The notes beneath the pieces are model-generated. The model searched no databases. It had not been told where the DNA came from and saw only the letters and a program-made list of their open reading frames with translations. The position numbers were made by a program, and so were the translations under genes. Positions 36,272 through 45,994 of a stretch of DNA of 64,000 nucleotides are shown here, piece by piece (positions within the stretch are counted from its first letter, which is position 1; every line of letters begins with the position of its first letter). Source of the stretch: Candidatus Microgenomatus sp. (GTDB taxonomy: Bacteria; Patescibacteriota; Minisyncoccia; UBA6257; GWB1-50-10). The stretch spans positions 23,582 to 87,581 of the forward strand of contig DYGI01000002.1 of assembly GCA_020724805.1 (NCBI GenBank), read 5' to 3'.

Positions 36272-37303
36272 ATGGCATTCCATTTCAAAAAAGTGCTCGG
36301 CATAGATCTCGGTACAGATACCACTCAGGTATATCTGAAAGGGGTTGGCCTTGTGGTCAACGAGCCTTCGATCGTGGCGTTCAATAATCGGACGAATCGC
36401 GTGGTCGCAGTGGGAAACGAGGCGAAGAAGATGCTTGCGCGAACTCCCGCCCATATCACCGCGCTTCGCCCGGTGACGCACGGAATCATCGCCGATTTCG
36501 ATATGGCGCGTGAAATGCTCGAGCGGTTTCTGAAACGCGAAAAACTTCCGTGGTCATGGGCGACCGAAGCGGTGGTCTCCGTTCCCACCAACCTGACCGA
36601 AGTGGAGCGGAAGTCGGTAGAAGACCTTCTCCGCGAGGTGGGGGCTTCCCCGGTACACCTCATCGAGCAGCCGCTTGCCGCGGCATTCGGCATCCGCTTG
36701 GCGGTCGACGAACCGACTGCATTTCTCATTATCGATGTGGGGGCGGGTACCACCGATGCGGCCATTCTTTCTTTGAACGGCATCGTGGTGTCACGTCGTC
36801 TCAAGATAGGCGGTGACTATCTAAACGCGGAGATCGTGCGGGGCATGCGGGAAGAGTTCAAGCTTGCGGTGGGAGAACCTACCGCGGAAGAGATAAAACT
36901 CGCGGTGGGATCGGTAATCGCAAACGGGGAGCGTTTGGAAGTGGTGGTGCGCGGGCGTGATGTGGCAAGCGGGCTCCCGCGTGAAGTAGCGGTGAAGGAT
37001 AACCACGTGCGTGCGTGGCTTCTTCGACCCGTGCGTGCGATTGTGGACGCCTTAAAAGACATGATAGAAACGGCGCCTCCCGAGCTTGCGGGCGACATCT
37101 ATAAAAATGGGATGTATCTGTGCGGAGGCACTGCGCTCCTTCGTGGCATCGGGGACCTCCTTGCGAAAGAGATCGGGGTTCGGGTGATGTTGGTCGAAGA
37201 TCCCTTAACCTGCGTGGTGCGCGGCGTCGGTGTGGTGGCGGAAAACATTCCAGCGCACGCCCACCTCGTGAATAACTTTCCGGGGCCTAAGATCAAGGAT
37301 TAG
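36272..37303 (+). CDS. mreB: MreB paralog (actin-like; MreB/Mbl family)
   Basis: 343 aa: LGIDLGTDTTQVYL..., followed directly by mreC-mreD-pbp2. Confidence 0.85.
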   Translation: MAFHFKKVLGIDLGTDTTQVYLKGVGLVVNEPSIVAFNNRTNRVVAVGNEAKKMLARTPAHITALRPVTHGIIADFDMAREMLERFLKREKLPWSWATEAVVSVPTNLTEVERKSVEDLLREVGASPVHLIEQPLAAAFGIRLAVDEPTAFLIIDVGAGTTDAAILSLNGIVVSRRLKIGGDYLNAEIVRGMREEFKLAVGEPTAEEIKLAVGSVIANGERLEVVVRGRDVASGLPREVAVKDNHVRAWLLRPVRAIVDALKDMIETAPPELAGDIYKNGMYLCGGTALLRGIGDLLAKEIGVRVMLVEDPLTCVVRGVGVVAENIPAHAHLVNNFPGPKIKD

Positions 37304-37309
37304 TACGAC

Positions 37310-38002
37310 ATGAGGTCATTGAAAACGGTCATCGGTGCTTTCGTGGCGCTGCTACTTGTTGTTTTTGCGGTGTGGTTTCAAGGGGATATTTTTCAGGGTA
37401 TCCGCCGTGCCGCTATTTCTTTCGCGGGTCTTTTCGCAGAGTCCTCATATGAAGAAGTGATACGCCTTCGCACCGAAGTGGAAGCGCTTCGCGCCGAAAG
37501 GGCCACGCTTCTTGAAGCGGGGATTCCTCCGTTTTCCGAGGATTTGCGGCGTATTCCGGTCTATTCGCGATATCCGTACGGCGCGGAAGGGATTCTCACC
37601 ATTGCGGGCGGTGAAAATGAGGGGATACGGACGGGGGCGCCGGTGCTCGCCACTCCCGGAACGTTGCTCGGAAAAGTAACCAAAGTGGAACGTTCGCGGA
37701 GCGAGGTAATGACGATATGGAGCCCCGCGTGGCGCTCGAGCGTGGGTTTCGAAGGGGTTGGCACAAAAGCGCTGCTTGAGGGAGGTGAATCGCCCCTCCT
37801 TACCCTTATCCCTCGCGGGAAGGAATCTTCGGCGGGAACGCGCGTGGTCAATGTCGACCCTTCATTCCCTTACGGACTTTTTCTTGGCGCACTTGGAGAG
37901 GCTGATGAAGATAACGAAGATCCGTGGCTCACTGCCACACTTCAGGTGCCTTATGGAGAATCCGACCTTCGCGAGGTGCTGGTACTGGTGAATTTTCCCT
38001 AA
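37310..38002 (+). CDS. mreC: Rod shape-determining protein MreC
   Basis: 230 aa. N-terminal TM, coiled-coil, beta domain. Sits in the mreB-mreC-mreD position. Confidence 0.75.
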   Translation: MRSLKTVIGAFVALLLVVFAVWFQGDIFQGIRRAAISFAGLFAESSYEEVIRLRTEVEALRAERATLLEAGIPPFSEDLRRIPVYSRYPYGAEGILTIAGGENEGIRTGAPVLATPGTLLGKVTKVERSRSEVMTIWSPAWRSSVGFEGVGTKALLEGGESPLLTLIPRGKESSAGTRVVNVDPSFPYGLFLGALGEADEDNEDPWLTATLQVPYGESDLREVLVLVNFP

Positions 38003-38008
38003 TTCGAT

Positions 38009-38488
38009 ATGCCATTTGCGCACATCCATTACTTTGCATTCGCGACCGCGGCGCTCGCACTCGCTTTTGTGGGCGAACTTTCGGGCGCATTCCGTATCGG
38101 CGCGGCGGGCGTATTTTTTCCGCTTATCATCATTTTTCTCGCGGGATTTTTTGGCCCGCGGTGGTTCGCGGGGTTTCTCGCATTTTTTCTTCTTATACTC
38201 TCGTTTTTTGTCGCACCGTTTTGGGTTCTTGAAGTGGGAGGAGTGACCCTCATCGCACTTCTTCTTCTTTTTGTCCATCCATTTCTCACCGGAAATAGGT
38301 TCACCGACTTTCTCGCGCTTCTTTCGATAGCGACGGTCATCGTGGCGGTGGGCGGCGGTGCGGTGCGCGGAGGAGTTGCTTCCGTGGGGACTTTGGCGCT
38401 CATCGTGCTCATGAACGGGGCCGCAGGAGCGCTGTTTTTTTTGATTTTGGAGCGTTTTATTTCTGAGAGACGATATTTCTCACCATGA
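38009..38488 (+). CDS. mreD: Rod shape-determining protein MreD
   Basis: 159 aa polytopic membrane protein following mreC. Confidence 0.65.
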   Translation: MPFAHIHYFAFATAALALAFVGELSGAFRIGAAGVFFPLIIIFLAGFFGPRWFAGFLAFFLLILSFFVAPFWVLEVGGVTLIALLLLFVHPFLTGNRFTDFLALLSIATVIVAVGGGAVRGGVASVGTLALIVLMNGAAGALFFLILERFISERRYFSP

Positions 38489-40353
38489 CGCGCACTCCAT
38501 TCGGCATTGAAGACGTGCTTGCGGACCGCGCGGTCGAAGACACCCTTCTTGAAGTTCCGCTCGAAACAAAAGTGTTCCGCGTGGTTTTTGGTATGAGTGT
38601 TGCGATTGTGCTCGCGGTGGTGTTCCAAATTCTCAATCTCGCGGTCAATGAACATGAACGATATGCGGCGCGCGCCGAGGCGAATGTGAGCGATATTCGC
38701 GTGGAACCGGCGCCGCGCGGCATTATTCGCGATCGTTTCGGGAATGCGCTTGTCTCGAACGTCCCCTCGTGGAGCGCGGTGTTGGTGCCCCGCGATCTTC
38801 CCGCAGACTCGGATGCGCGAAACGCAACATTCGCGCGAATCGCCGAACTTCTCGGCGAGGACTCCGCCGCGCTCGAAGCGCGCATCGCCGCGAAGGATTG
38901 GAGCGTGTCTGACCGCCTGGTGCTTTCCGATTCTCTCACGCAGGAGGCCCTTCTTGCCCTTTCCACCGAGTCTATTCCTGGCGTCCGCGCGGAGCGTTCC
39001 TTTGAACGTGTTCATGCCGATCCGTTCGCGTACGCGCACCTCGTGGGATATACCGGAAGAGTGGGGAGCGCTGACCTTGCGGATAATCCATCGCTTCATC
39101 CGGAAAGTGTGATAGGGCGTGCCGGCATTGAGGCGGCGTATGACGAGTTCCTTCGCGGAAAGGAGGGGCGCACGGTGACCTTTTGGAACGCGAGAGGCGA
39201 AGAGCAGGGGGATGCGCAATATGAAGCGCCGCTCGCGGGAGCCGAGGTACGCACGTTTATTGACGGCGAGTTTCAGGAATTCGTCTATGAACGTTTTACC
39301 CGCGCACTTCGGGAATTGGGGAGGGTTTCGGGAGCCGTGGTTGCGCTTGATCCTCGCTCAGGAGAAGTGAAATCTCTTGTGTCCATTCCCAGTTTTGAAT
39401 CGACCAACGTCGCGCGGTATCTTTCGGCGTCGCACGATCCTCTTTTCAATCGAGTGTTCCAGGGCGCTTACAACCCGGGCTCGACCATCAAGCCGCTTGT
39501 GGGCACCGCGGCGCTCACGGAAGGTGTGGTGACTCCCGAGACGAGCATTTATTCCGCAGGTTTCATAGAAATTCCCAATCCATACGATCCGTCGCGCCCC
39601 AGCCGGTTTTTGGACAATGCGGCGCACGGGTGGGTGAATATTCGGTCCGCGCTCGCCCGCTCGTCGAACATTTATTTTTACGAAGTAGCCGGAGGATTCG
39701 AGGACCAACTTGGTATAGGCATCGAGAAATTAAAGCAATGGTGGGAACGTTTTGGACTTGGACGCACGACCGGCATTGATCTTCCCGGCGAGCGCGCGGG
39801 ATTTCTCCCTGACCCCGAGTGGAAAGAAAATGCGCGCGGTGAACCGTGGCGCGTCGGTGACACCTACAACGTTGCGATAGGACAAGGAGACCTTCTCGTA
39901 ACCCCCCTCGGACTTTTGAACTATGTGGCATCCATCGCGAACGGCGGGACGTTATGGAAACCGCGCGTAGCGCGCTCGGTGGTGGAAGGAAATGCGGTGC
40001 GTTTTACCAATGAACCCGAGGTGCTTGCGGACATCTCCGGCATTATTGCGGGCGCACTCCCGGAGATACGGGAAGGAATGCGGGATGTGGCGCGAAAAGA
40101 TTATGGGACCGCGCGGTCGCTTTCCGAGCTCCCGTTTCCTGTGGCGGCGAAGACCGGTACTGCCCAGGTGGAAGGGAATACCAAATTGAACGCTTTCTTC
40201 GTGGGGTATGCACCGGCCGATGAGCCCGAGCTTGCGATTTTGGTCCTTGTAGAGGATGCCAAGGAGGGTAGTCTGAACACGGTGCCAGTAGCACGGGACA
40301 TTTTCCTGTGGTACTATAACGAGCGAATCAAAAACGCCCCCCTCATTCCCTGA
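38485..40353 (+). CDS. mrdA: Penicillin-binding protein 2 (elongasome D,D-transpeptidase)
   Basis: 622 aa: STIKP (SxxK), SSN, KTGTAQ; N-terminal TM anchor. Follows mreBCD. Confidence 0.9.
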   Translation: MTRTPFGIEDVLADRAVEDTLLEVPLETKVFRVVFGMSVAIVLAVVFQILNLAVNEHERYAARAEANVSDIRVEPAPRGIIRDRFGNALVSNVPSWSAVLVPRDLPADSDARNATFARIAELLGEDSAALEARIAAKDWSVSDRLVLSDSLTQEALLALSTESIPGVRAERSFERVHADPFAYAHLVGYTGRVGSADLADNPSLHPESVIGRAGIEAAYDEFLRGKEGRTVTFWNARGEEQGDAQYEAPLAGAEVRTFIDGEFQEFVYERFTRALRELGRVSGAVVALDPRSGEVKSLVSIPSFESTNVARYLSASHDPLFNRVFQGAYNPGSTIKPLVGTAALTEGVVTPETSIYSAGFIEIPNPYDPSRPSRFLDNAAHGWVNIRSALARSSNIYFYEVAGGFEDQLGIGIEKLKQWWERFGLGRTTGIDLPGERAGFLPDPEWKENARGEPWRVGDTYNVAIGQGDLLVTPLGLLNYVASIANGGTLWKPRVARSVVEGNAVRFTNEPEVLADISGIIAGALPEIREGMRDVARKDYGTARSLSELPFPVAAKTGTAQVEGNTKLNAFFVGYAPADEPELAILVLVEDAKEGSLNTVPVARDIFLWYYNERIKNAPLIP

Positions 40354-40359
40354 ACATCC

Positions 40360-40830
40360 ATGCTAAGCCACGCCTATCTTACCCAGGAGCGACATGACGA
40401 GATCGTTCGTGAGGTACATAAACTGAAAACGGAAGAACGGAAAAAGGTTGCGGAACGGTTGAAGAACGCCAAGGACCTCGGAGATCTCTCCGAGAATTTT
40501 GATTACCATGAGGCGCGCGAGGAGCAGTCACGTCTCGAAGCGCGCATCCATGAACTCGAAGAGATACTGCGGAATTCAGTCATCATCAAAAAGGCGAGCG
40601 GCAACTCTACGGTGCGTATCGGAGGGCGAGTCGCGGTGACGCGCCCCGGCGAGGGACTCGGGGAAACGAGCTTCACCATTGTGGGCTCTTCCGAAGCGGA
40701 GCCCGCGGAAGGTTTTATCTCGAACGAATCACCCTTGGGCCGCGCGCTCCTCGGGAAAAAGGTGGGGGATACCGTGACCGTGCCCACGCCAAAGGGGACG
40801 AGCACTTATCAGATTGTAAGGATAGAATAA
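40360..40830 (+). CDS. greA: Transcription elongation factor GreA
   Basis: 156 aa: coiled-coil N-terminus (...LGDLSENFDYHEAREEQ...) and a C-terminal FKBP-like domain. Confidence 0.9.
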   Translation: MLSHAYLTQERHDEIVREVHKLKTEERKKVAERLKNAKDLGDLSENFDYHEAREEQSRLEARIHELEEILRNSVIIKKASGNSTVRIGGRVAVTRPGEGLGETSFTIVGSSEAEPAEGFISNESPLGRALLGKKVGDTVTVPTPKGTSTYQIVRIE

Positions 40831-40970
40831 GGATATGAATCCCGTTAGAAGCAACGTAGTTTGCGCAGTGGTAATATGAAAATGTGTGTAAAAGGTTTTA
40901 TTTGCCGGATAAAGCCGTTTGCTACGGGTGCGCACGGAGGCGCACCCTACTTCTAACGGGATGAAGGAGG
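40831..40970 (+). promoter_or_regulatory. Inverted-repeat leader element overlapping the lysS start codon. The arms are GGATATGAATCCCGTTAGAAG ... CTTCTAACGGGATGAAGGAGG. It contains a 14-codon uORF (40835-40879, MNPVRSNVVCAVVI).
   Basis: A perfect 13-bp stem (40839-40851 with 40950-40962) pairs the A and U of the lysS AUG. An internal GC hairpin is GGGTGCGCACGGAGGCGCACCC. The same arms recur at hrcA (45995-46084). The 12-bp IR is flanked by a 5-bp direct repeat, ATGAA. Confidence 0.5.
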
Positions 40971-42400
40971 AACTGATACGAGAACGCGCCAGGAAGCGAG
41001 AGCGGTATGCACGCGAGGCCGATCCCTATCCCGCGCGTGTCGGACGCGACGAAAGCATCGCGGAGACACTCGCCTCTTTTTCAAAAAAGCGTGCGGGCGC
41101 CCGCACACTTGCGGGTCGCGTTACCGCGCTTCGAGACCAAGGGAAGATAGTGTTTGCAAATCTTACCGACGCGACCGGCACCATTCAGTTGGTGTTGGAA
41201 GAAGGGACTACAAAACCATTCGCACTTCTTAAGGAGACGATGGACATAGGGGATTTCGTAGAGGCGAAAGGGAAGCTCACGACCACGAAACGCGGCACGA
41301 AAAGTCTCGCGGTTGCGAACGCGCGCATTATCGCAAAAAGCATGCGCCCGCTTCCCGTGCATTGGTACGGGCTTTCGGATGTGGAAACGCGGCTCCGAAA
41401 ACGCTACCTCGATCTCCTTACGCATCCGGAAACGCACGCGATGTTCTTGAAGAAGGAGCGTTTTTGGGATTCGGTGAGAAATACGCTCAAAAAGGAAGGG
41501 TTCCATGAGGTTGAGACCGGAGTGTTGGAAGCGGTGCCGGGAGGAGCCGATGCGGAACCTTTTGTCACTCACCATAACGCATTGGACATGGATTTTTATC
41601 TCCGCATTTCACTCGAACTTCCCTTGAAACGTCTCCTGGTCGGAGGCTTCGAAAAAGTGTTCGAGATAGGGCGCGTGTTCCGAAACGAAGGTATTGACCG
41701 CGAACATCTCCAGGATTACACGGCGATGGAGTGCTATGCCGCATATTGGGACGAGGAGCGCATGATGAAATTTGTCGAGGCTCTTTATAAGCAGGTAGTG
41801 AAGGACACGACCGGAGGTTCCACGACAACCTATGGGGGTGTGACATTGAAATGGGGAGGGAAATGGAAGCGTGTGGATTACTTTGAAGCGTTCAAAAAAG
41901 ATGCGGGCACGGACCTTACGAAAGTGACCGACGCCGAACTTCGCATGAAGGCGAAGGAGCTCGGATGTTCCGTGGAAGCCGGCGCCAGCCGCGGCCGCCT
42001 CATTGACGCGATATATAAGAAAACCGTACGACCGAAACTCATACAACCATGTTTTCTCGTGGGGCATCCGAAGGAAGTTTCGCCTCTCGCAAAGGACGAT
42101 CCGAAGCGTGCCGGACGCGTGCTCCGCTTCCAGCCGATGGCGGCCGGAAGCGAGATGGGGAACGGTTGGGCGGAGCTGAACGACCCGAAAGAACAGCGTG
42201 CGCGGTTCGAAGAGCAGGAAAGAGCGCGTGCGGCAGGAGATAAGGAAGCACAACGGCTTGATGAGGACTTCATCGAGGCGCTCGAATACGGCATGCCTCC
42301 TGCAGCGGGTTTTGGACTTTCCGAGCGCGTGTTCGCGGTTTTGATGGATAAGCCCATGCGCGAAACCACGCTTTTCCCCCTTATGAAAAGCGAAGAATAA
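40961..42400 (+). CDS. lysS: Lysyl-tRNA synthetase, class II
   Basis: About 479 aa from the ATG at 40961 (MKEELIRERARKRERY...DPYP). Has an N-terminal OB anticodon-binding domain and class II motifs. Confidence 0.9.
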   Translation: MKEELIRERARKRERYAREADPYPARVGRDESIAETLASFSKKRAGARTLAGRVTALRDQGKIVFANLTDATGTIQLVLEEGTTKPFALLKETMDIGDFVEAKGKLTTTKRGTKSLAVANARIIAKSMRPLPVHWYGLSDVETRLRKRYLDLLTHPETHAMFLKKERFWDSVRNTLKKEGFHEVETGVLEAVPGGADAEPFVTHHNALDMDFYLRISLELPLKRLLVGGFEKVFEIGRVFRNEGIDREHLQDYTAMECYAAYWDEERMMKFVEALYKQVVKDTTGGSTTTYGGVTLKWGGKWKRVDYFEAFKKDAGTDLTKVTDAELRMKAKELGCSVEAGASRGRLIDAIYKKTVRPKLIQPCFLVGHPKEVSPLAKDDPKRAGRVLRFQPMAAGSEMGNGWAELNDPKEQRARFEEQERARAAGDKEAQRLDEDFIEALEYGMPPAAGFGLSERVFAVLMDKPMRETTLFPLMKSEE

Positions 42401-42411
42401 TAACTATAACC

Positions 42412-43668
42412 ATGATTGACGTTCAATTTTTACGGGAAAAAACCGAAGACGCGAAAAAAGCGCTCGCGCGGAAAAGGATCGACCCCAAAGCGGTAGACAA
42501 GTTTCTTCGTGTGGACCAGAACTGGCGGACCAAACGTGCGGCACTGGATGCGCTCCAAGCGGAGCAAAAAACGGTATCCAAAACGCTTGCCGGCGCAAGG
42601 ACGGAGGAGATGCTTTCGAAGGCTCAGATACTCAAAGATCGCATTACCGAAGTTGCGGAATCACTCGCGGATGTGGAGAAAAAACGGGCGACACTGCTTG
42701 AGGAATTTCCCAATCCTCCATTTAGCGACGTGCCCGAAGGGCCTGACGCATCAGGGAATCGCGTGCTTCGCGAAGTGGGAAAGAAAACGGAGTTCGATTT
42801 TGAACCGAAGGATTATCTTACGCTCGCGGAATCGTTGAATCTTATCGACATCAAACGCGCCGCGCGCGTGGCGGGGAGCCGTTTCGGGTATCTTATGGGC
42901 GACGCGGCTCTTCTTGAGTTCGCGCTGGTGCGTCTCGCGATGGATACGCTCACCGAACACGGTTTCATACCGGTGGTTCCTCCCGTCATGATACGTCCCG
43001 AGGTATACACCGGTATGGGGCGCCTTGCCGCGGACCAAAAGGAAGAACGTTACTATTTTCCCAAGGACGATCTCTACCTCGTAGGAAGTGCGGAGCACAC
43101 CATCGGCCCGATCCATATGGATGAAACGCTCGACGAATCGGCGATTCCGCGCCGCTACGTGGGGTTTTCCACATGTTTCCGACGTGAAGCGGGGAGTTAT
43201 GGCAAGGACACGAAGGGTATTTTAAGGGTTCACCAATTCGACAAAGTCGAGATGTTCGCGTTCGCCGACCCTGCGCTCTCCGAGAAAGAGCACCGCTTTC
43301 TCGTGGACCGGCAGGAGGAACTTATGCAGAAGTTGGAACTTCCGTATCGCGTGGTCGAAGTATGCGCCGGCGATATGGGATGGACCGACGCACGTCAATT
43401 CGATATTGAAACATGGATCCCCAGCGAACGCTCCTACCGGGAAACACAGTCATGCTCGAACACCACCGATTTTCAGGCGCGCGGAATAAACGTGAAGGTG
43501 AAGAGGAAAGACGGCGAGAAAACATATGCACATATGTTGAATGCGACCGCGTTCGCGATAGGGAGGACGCTTATTGCGCTCATTGAGAACCATCAGACGA
43601 AGAAGGGGACGGTGAAGGTGCCAAAAGCGCTTCAGGAGTATCTTGGAAAGAAGGAAATCGGCAGTTGA
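42412..43668 (+). CDS. serS: Seryl-tRNA synthetase
   Basis: 418 aa: N-terminal coiled-coil arm and a class II core (...FRREAGSYGKDTKGILRVHQFDKVE...). Confidence 0.9.
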   Translation: MIDVQFLREKTEDAKKALARKRIDPKAVDKFLRVDQNWRTKRAALDALQAEQKTVSKTLAGARTEEMLSKAQILKDRITEVAESLADVEKKRATLLEEFPNPPFSDVPEGPDASGNRVLREVGKKTEFDFEPKDYLTLAESLNLIDIKRAARVAGSRFGYLMGDAALLEFALVRLAMDTLTEHGFIPVVPPVMIRPEVYTGMGRLAADQKEERYYFPKDDLYLVGSAEHTIGPIHMDETLDESAIPRRYVGFSTCFRREAGSYGKDTKGILRVHQFDKVEMFAFADPALSEKEHRFLVDRQEELMQKLELPYRVVEVCAGDMGWTDARQFDIETWIPSERSYRETQSCSNTTDFQARGINVKVKRKDGEKTYAHMLNATAFAIGRTLIALIENHQTKKGTVKVPKALQEYLGKKEIGS

Positions 43669-43737
43669 TGCCTATTCGTGTCGACTGGGCGCACGCGCGC
43701 ATATCGCGTGTGTTTTGTTTTGGGTACAATAGAGACA

Positions 43738-44325
43738 ATGCGTGGTTTGGTAATGAAAATTTTTTGGCTCGCGGCGGCAGGGACACTCCTCTACGGAGGG
43801 TTCGTGGCGTACGAGCGGTGGTGGGACGGAGATTGGTCTTTGGTGAAAAATCGAGTACTCTCGTTCGTTGGAGAGAACACTGCAGAAATTCAGGAACAGG
43901 CGCTGGAAAAAGGGAATGAGGTATTGGAGAATGTGAAGAAAGAAGCAACCGAACAAGCGAAGACTACCATCTCCTCGTTTATTGGGGGAGTTATAGAATC
44001 TCTGGGGGAGTCCATCGCGCATTATGGAGAATCGGTGGCGGGAGCGCCTGCGGTGGTGGATATCCCCGCCGCACGCGGGCCGTCGTTTGCGACTCCTCCG
44101 CCTCCCGTTGCGGTGTCTGCGCGCGCGGGTGAGCCGCTCACGTTCGTGGTGAATGAAGCGGGCCAATACACGGTGACGTGGGGAGATAATGCCACGAGCG
44201 AAGGAGAGGTGAAGGAGGGGGAGAATGTGCTCCTTGAACATACGTGGACCGCGCCGGGTGATTACGTGGTTATCCTTTCCACTGTTTCACATACCGAAAC
44301 ATTTCCCATCCGTATCTACGAGTAA
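43738..44325 (+). CDS. Hypothetical membrane-anchored protein
   Basis: About 195 aa from the ATG at 43738 (MRGLVMKIFWLAAAGTLLYGGF...). GGGTACAATAGAG at 43722-43734 places the -10 seven nt before this ATG, so the transcript is leaderless. The ORF-track start at 43678 would lie upstream of that promoter. Confidence 0.5.
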   Translation: MRGLVMKIFWLAAAGTLLYGGFVAYERWWDGDWSLVKNRVLSFVGENTAEIQEQALEKGNEVLENVKKEATEQAKTTISSFIGGVIESLGESIAHYGESVAGAPAVVDIPAARGPSFATPPPPVAVSARAGEPLTFVVNEAGQYTVTWGDNATSEGEVKEGENVLLEHTWTAPGDYVVILSTVSHTETFPIRIYE

Positions 44326-44328
44326 TCT

Positions 44329-45135
44329 ATGGCGCGCTTTTCCGAACAACATGAAATATTAAGGGGTTCGCGCACGCGCGCGCGGAAGCGCTTTGTGTTG
44401 AAACTCGTGCTTTGGTGGGGCGCGGGGCTTGTGGTGGCGGGAGGAATAGGATATGCACTTTTCACCACCGGTGCGCTTGTGGTGCAGGAAGTGAAAATCG
44501 AGGGAGTGCAACTCGCGGATCACGGGAAAGTGAGAATGGAAATCGTGCGTGCGGCATCGTTTCCTCCTCGCGCATGGCTTGGAGAGCACGCTACGCTTTT
44601 CTGGCTCTTCCTCAATCCCTCCGAAGAATTTTTGTCGGCATTCCCGATGTTCCGGGAGGTAACCGTTCGCGTGGACTTGTTTTCTCGCGTGGTGACCATT
44701 CGCGCGGAGGAGAGGGAACTCTACGGCGTGTGGTGTCTCTCGGGCGGAAGCTGCTATGCATTCGATCGGGAGGGGGTAGTGTTCGGAAAGGCGCCCGCGA
44801 CTTCTGGAACGCTTGTGACGAAAGTGATGGATGCGCGCGACGGCACATTTTCGCCAGGAAACGTAGTGCTCGCGGACCCCTTATGGCGGGAACGACTCCT
44901 CGGCACACTTGAGGTCATTCATGAGGTGCGTCTCACTCCACGCGTCATCATGGTGCGCGAAGATATGCTTCGCGAATGGGAAGTGGCACTGGTTGAAGGG
45001 CCTACATTGAAATTCTCGTTCGATTTTATACCGGAAAGACTCGAAGACGCGCTCACTTCGCTTTCCCGCCGCGGCGATTTCCGCGCGCTTACCTACTTGG
45101 ATTTCCGCGTTCCTGACCGTCTCTATTACAAGTAG
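44329..45135 (+). CDS. Cell division protein FtsQ/DivIB-like (TM plus POTRA)
   Basis: 268 aa. Basic N-terminus, one TM, then ...VVQEVKIEGVQL... in a POTRA-like domain. Confidence 0.5.
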   Translation: MARFSEQHEILRGSRTRARKRFVLKLVLWWGAGLVVAGGIGYALFTTGALVVQEVKIEGVQLADHGKVRMEIVRAASFPPRAWLGEHATLFWLFLNPSEEFLSAFPMFREVTVRVDLFSRVVTIRAEERELYGVWCLSGGSCYAFDREGVVFGKAPATSGTLVTKVMDARDGTFSPGNVVLADPLWRERLLGTLEVIHEVRLTPRVIMVREDMLREWEVALVEGPTLKFSFDFIPERLEDALTSLSRRGDFRALTYLDFRVPDRLYYK

Positions 45136-45145
45136 TTTTGTTAGA

Positions 45146-45958
45146 ATGAAGGTAATGAACCGCCGCTCCGGTTTCACCCTCATCGAACTTATCATCTACA
45201 TGGCGATTTTCGGAGTTTCCGCCGTGTTTTTGGTTTCCATTTTGACCTCGGTGACGCGTACGCAGGTGCGCCAAGCTTCGGGAAATGAAGTAAACCAGCA
45301 GCTTTCGTTCGTTTCGAACACCATTCAACGTCTGGTGCGGAGTGCCTCTCAAGTTTCAAACGAAGCGGGAGTGGCTTCGACCACGCTCGTGCTTCGCATG
45401 GCCTCGTCTACCGTTGACCCGACCTATATCTATGTGGATGCGTCTTCCACCGCCATCTATCTCCAGGAAGCAACTTCTACGCCCATACGTCTCACCGACG
45501 ACAAAGTTACGGTGGCGAATTTTTCTGTGACGAAGCAGGAACCGGCCGGCGGTCTTGCGGTGGTACATGTGGACCTTACTTTGGAATACAACACCACTTC
45601 CGATCAATCGAAAGCGTCACGGGCATGGAGCGGGGCGATTGCGCGCATCTCCGCCGCCACCTTCGATTCGGGAATCTTTCCGAACTCAAGTGCCGCTCTA
45701 GACCTTGGGAGCGCTTCACTCCAATGGCGTGATGCATTTTTTTCGAATAGCGTGACCATCGGTACGAACGGCGAGCTTGGGGTAGGGGGGAGTCCTTCTA
45801 CTAACCCTACGACGAAGATTTACATCACGAACGGCGACGTCGGTTTCTCGTCGAGCACCTACGGCGTCCTCCTCATGTCTCCTGGAGGCACCTGTTTCCG
45901 TCTCACCGTGACCAATAGCGGCGCGCTTGCTACATCCACACAAACCTGTCCGAATTAG
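45146..45958 (+). CDS. Type IV pilin/pseudopilin with class III (prepilin) signal
   Basis: 270 aa: MKVMNRRSG|FTLIELIIYMAIFGVSAVFL..., with the prepilin peptidase site at G|F and E5. Confidence 0.8.
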   Translation: MKVMNRRSGFTLIELIIYMAIFGVSAVFLVSILTSVTRTQVRQASGNEVNQQLSFVSNTIQRLVRSASQVSNEAGVASTTLVLRMASSTVDPTYIYVDASSTAIYLQEATSTPIRLTDDKVTVANFSVTKQEPAGGLAVVHVDLTLEYNTTSDQSKASRAWSGAIARISAATFDSGIFPNSSAALDLGSASLQWRDAFFSNSVTIGTNGELGVGGSPSTNPTTKIYITNGDVGFSSSTYGVLLMSPGGTCFRLTVTNSGALATSTQTCPN

Positions 45959-45990
45959 CACTTGACACTGTTGGGTGCTAACACTATCCT
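45954..45990 (+). promoter_or_regulatory. CIRCE-like HrcA operator overlapping a sigma-70 promoter
   Basis: TTAGCACCT-N10-GGGTGCTAA at 45954-45981 (8/9 and 8/9 to CIRCE, spacer 1 nt longer than canonical). TTGACA at 45962-45967, 17 nt, then TATCCT at 45985-45990. Confidence 0.6.
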
Positions 45991-45994
45991 TTGA

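Noticed and set aside
40831-40970. The lysS and hrcA leader element read as CIRCE, a T-box or a lysine riboswitch
   Set aside because: The inverted repeat (ATCCCGTTAGAAG) differs from CIRCE (TTAGCACTC). A separate CIRCE-like site lies upstream at hrcA only. The element has no T-box specifier or antiterminator features and no L-box-like conserved core.
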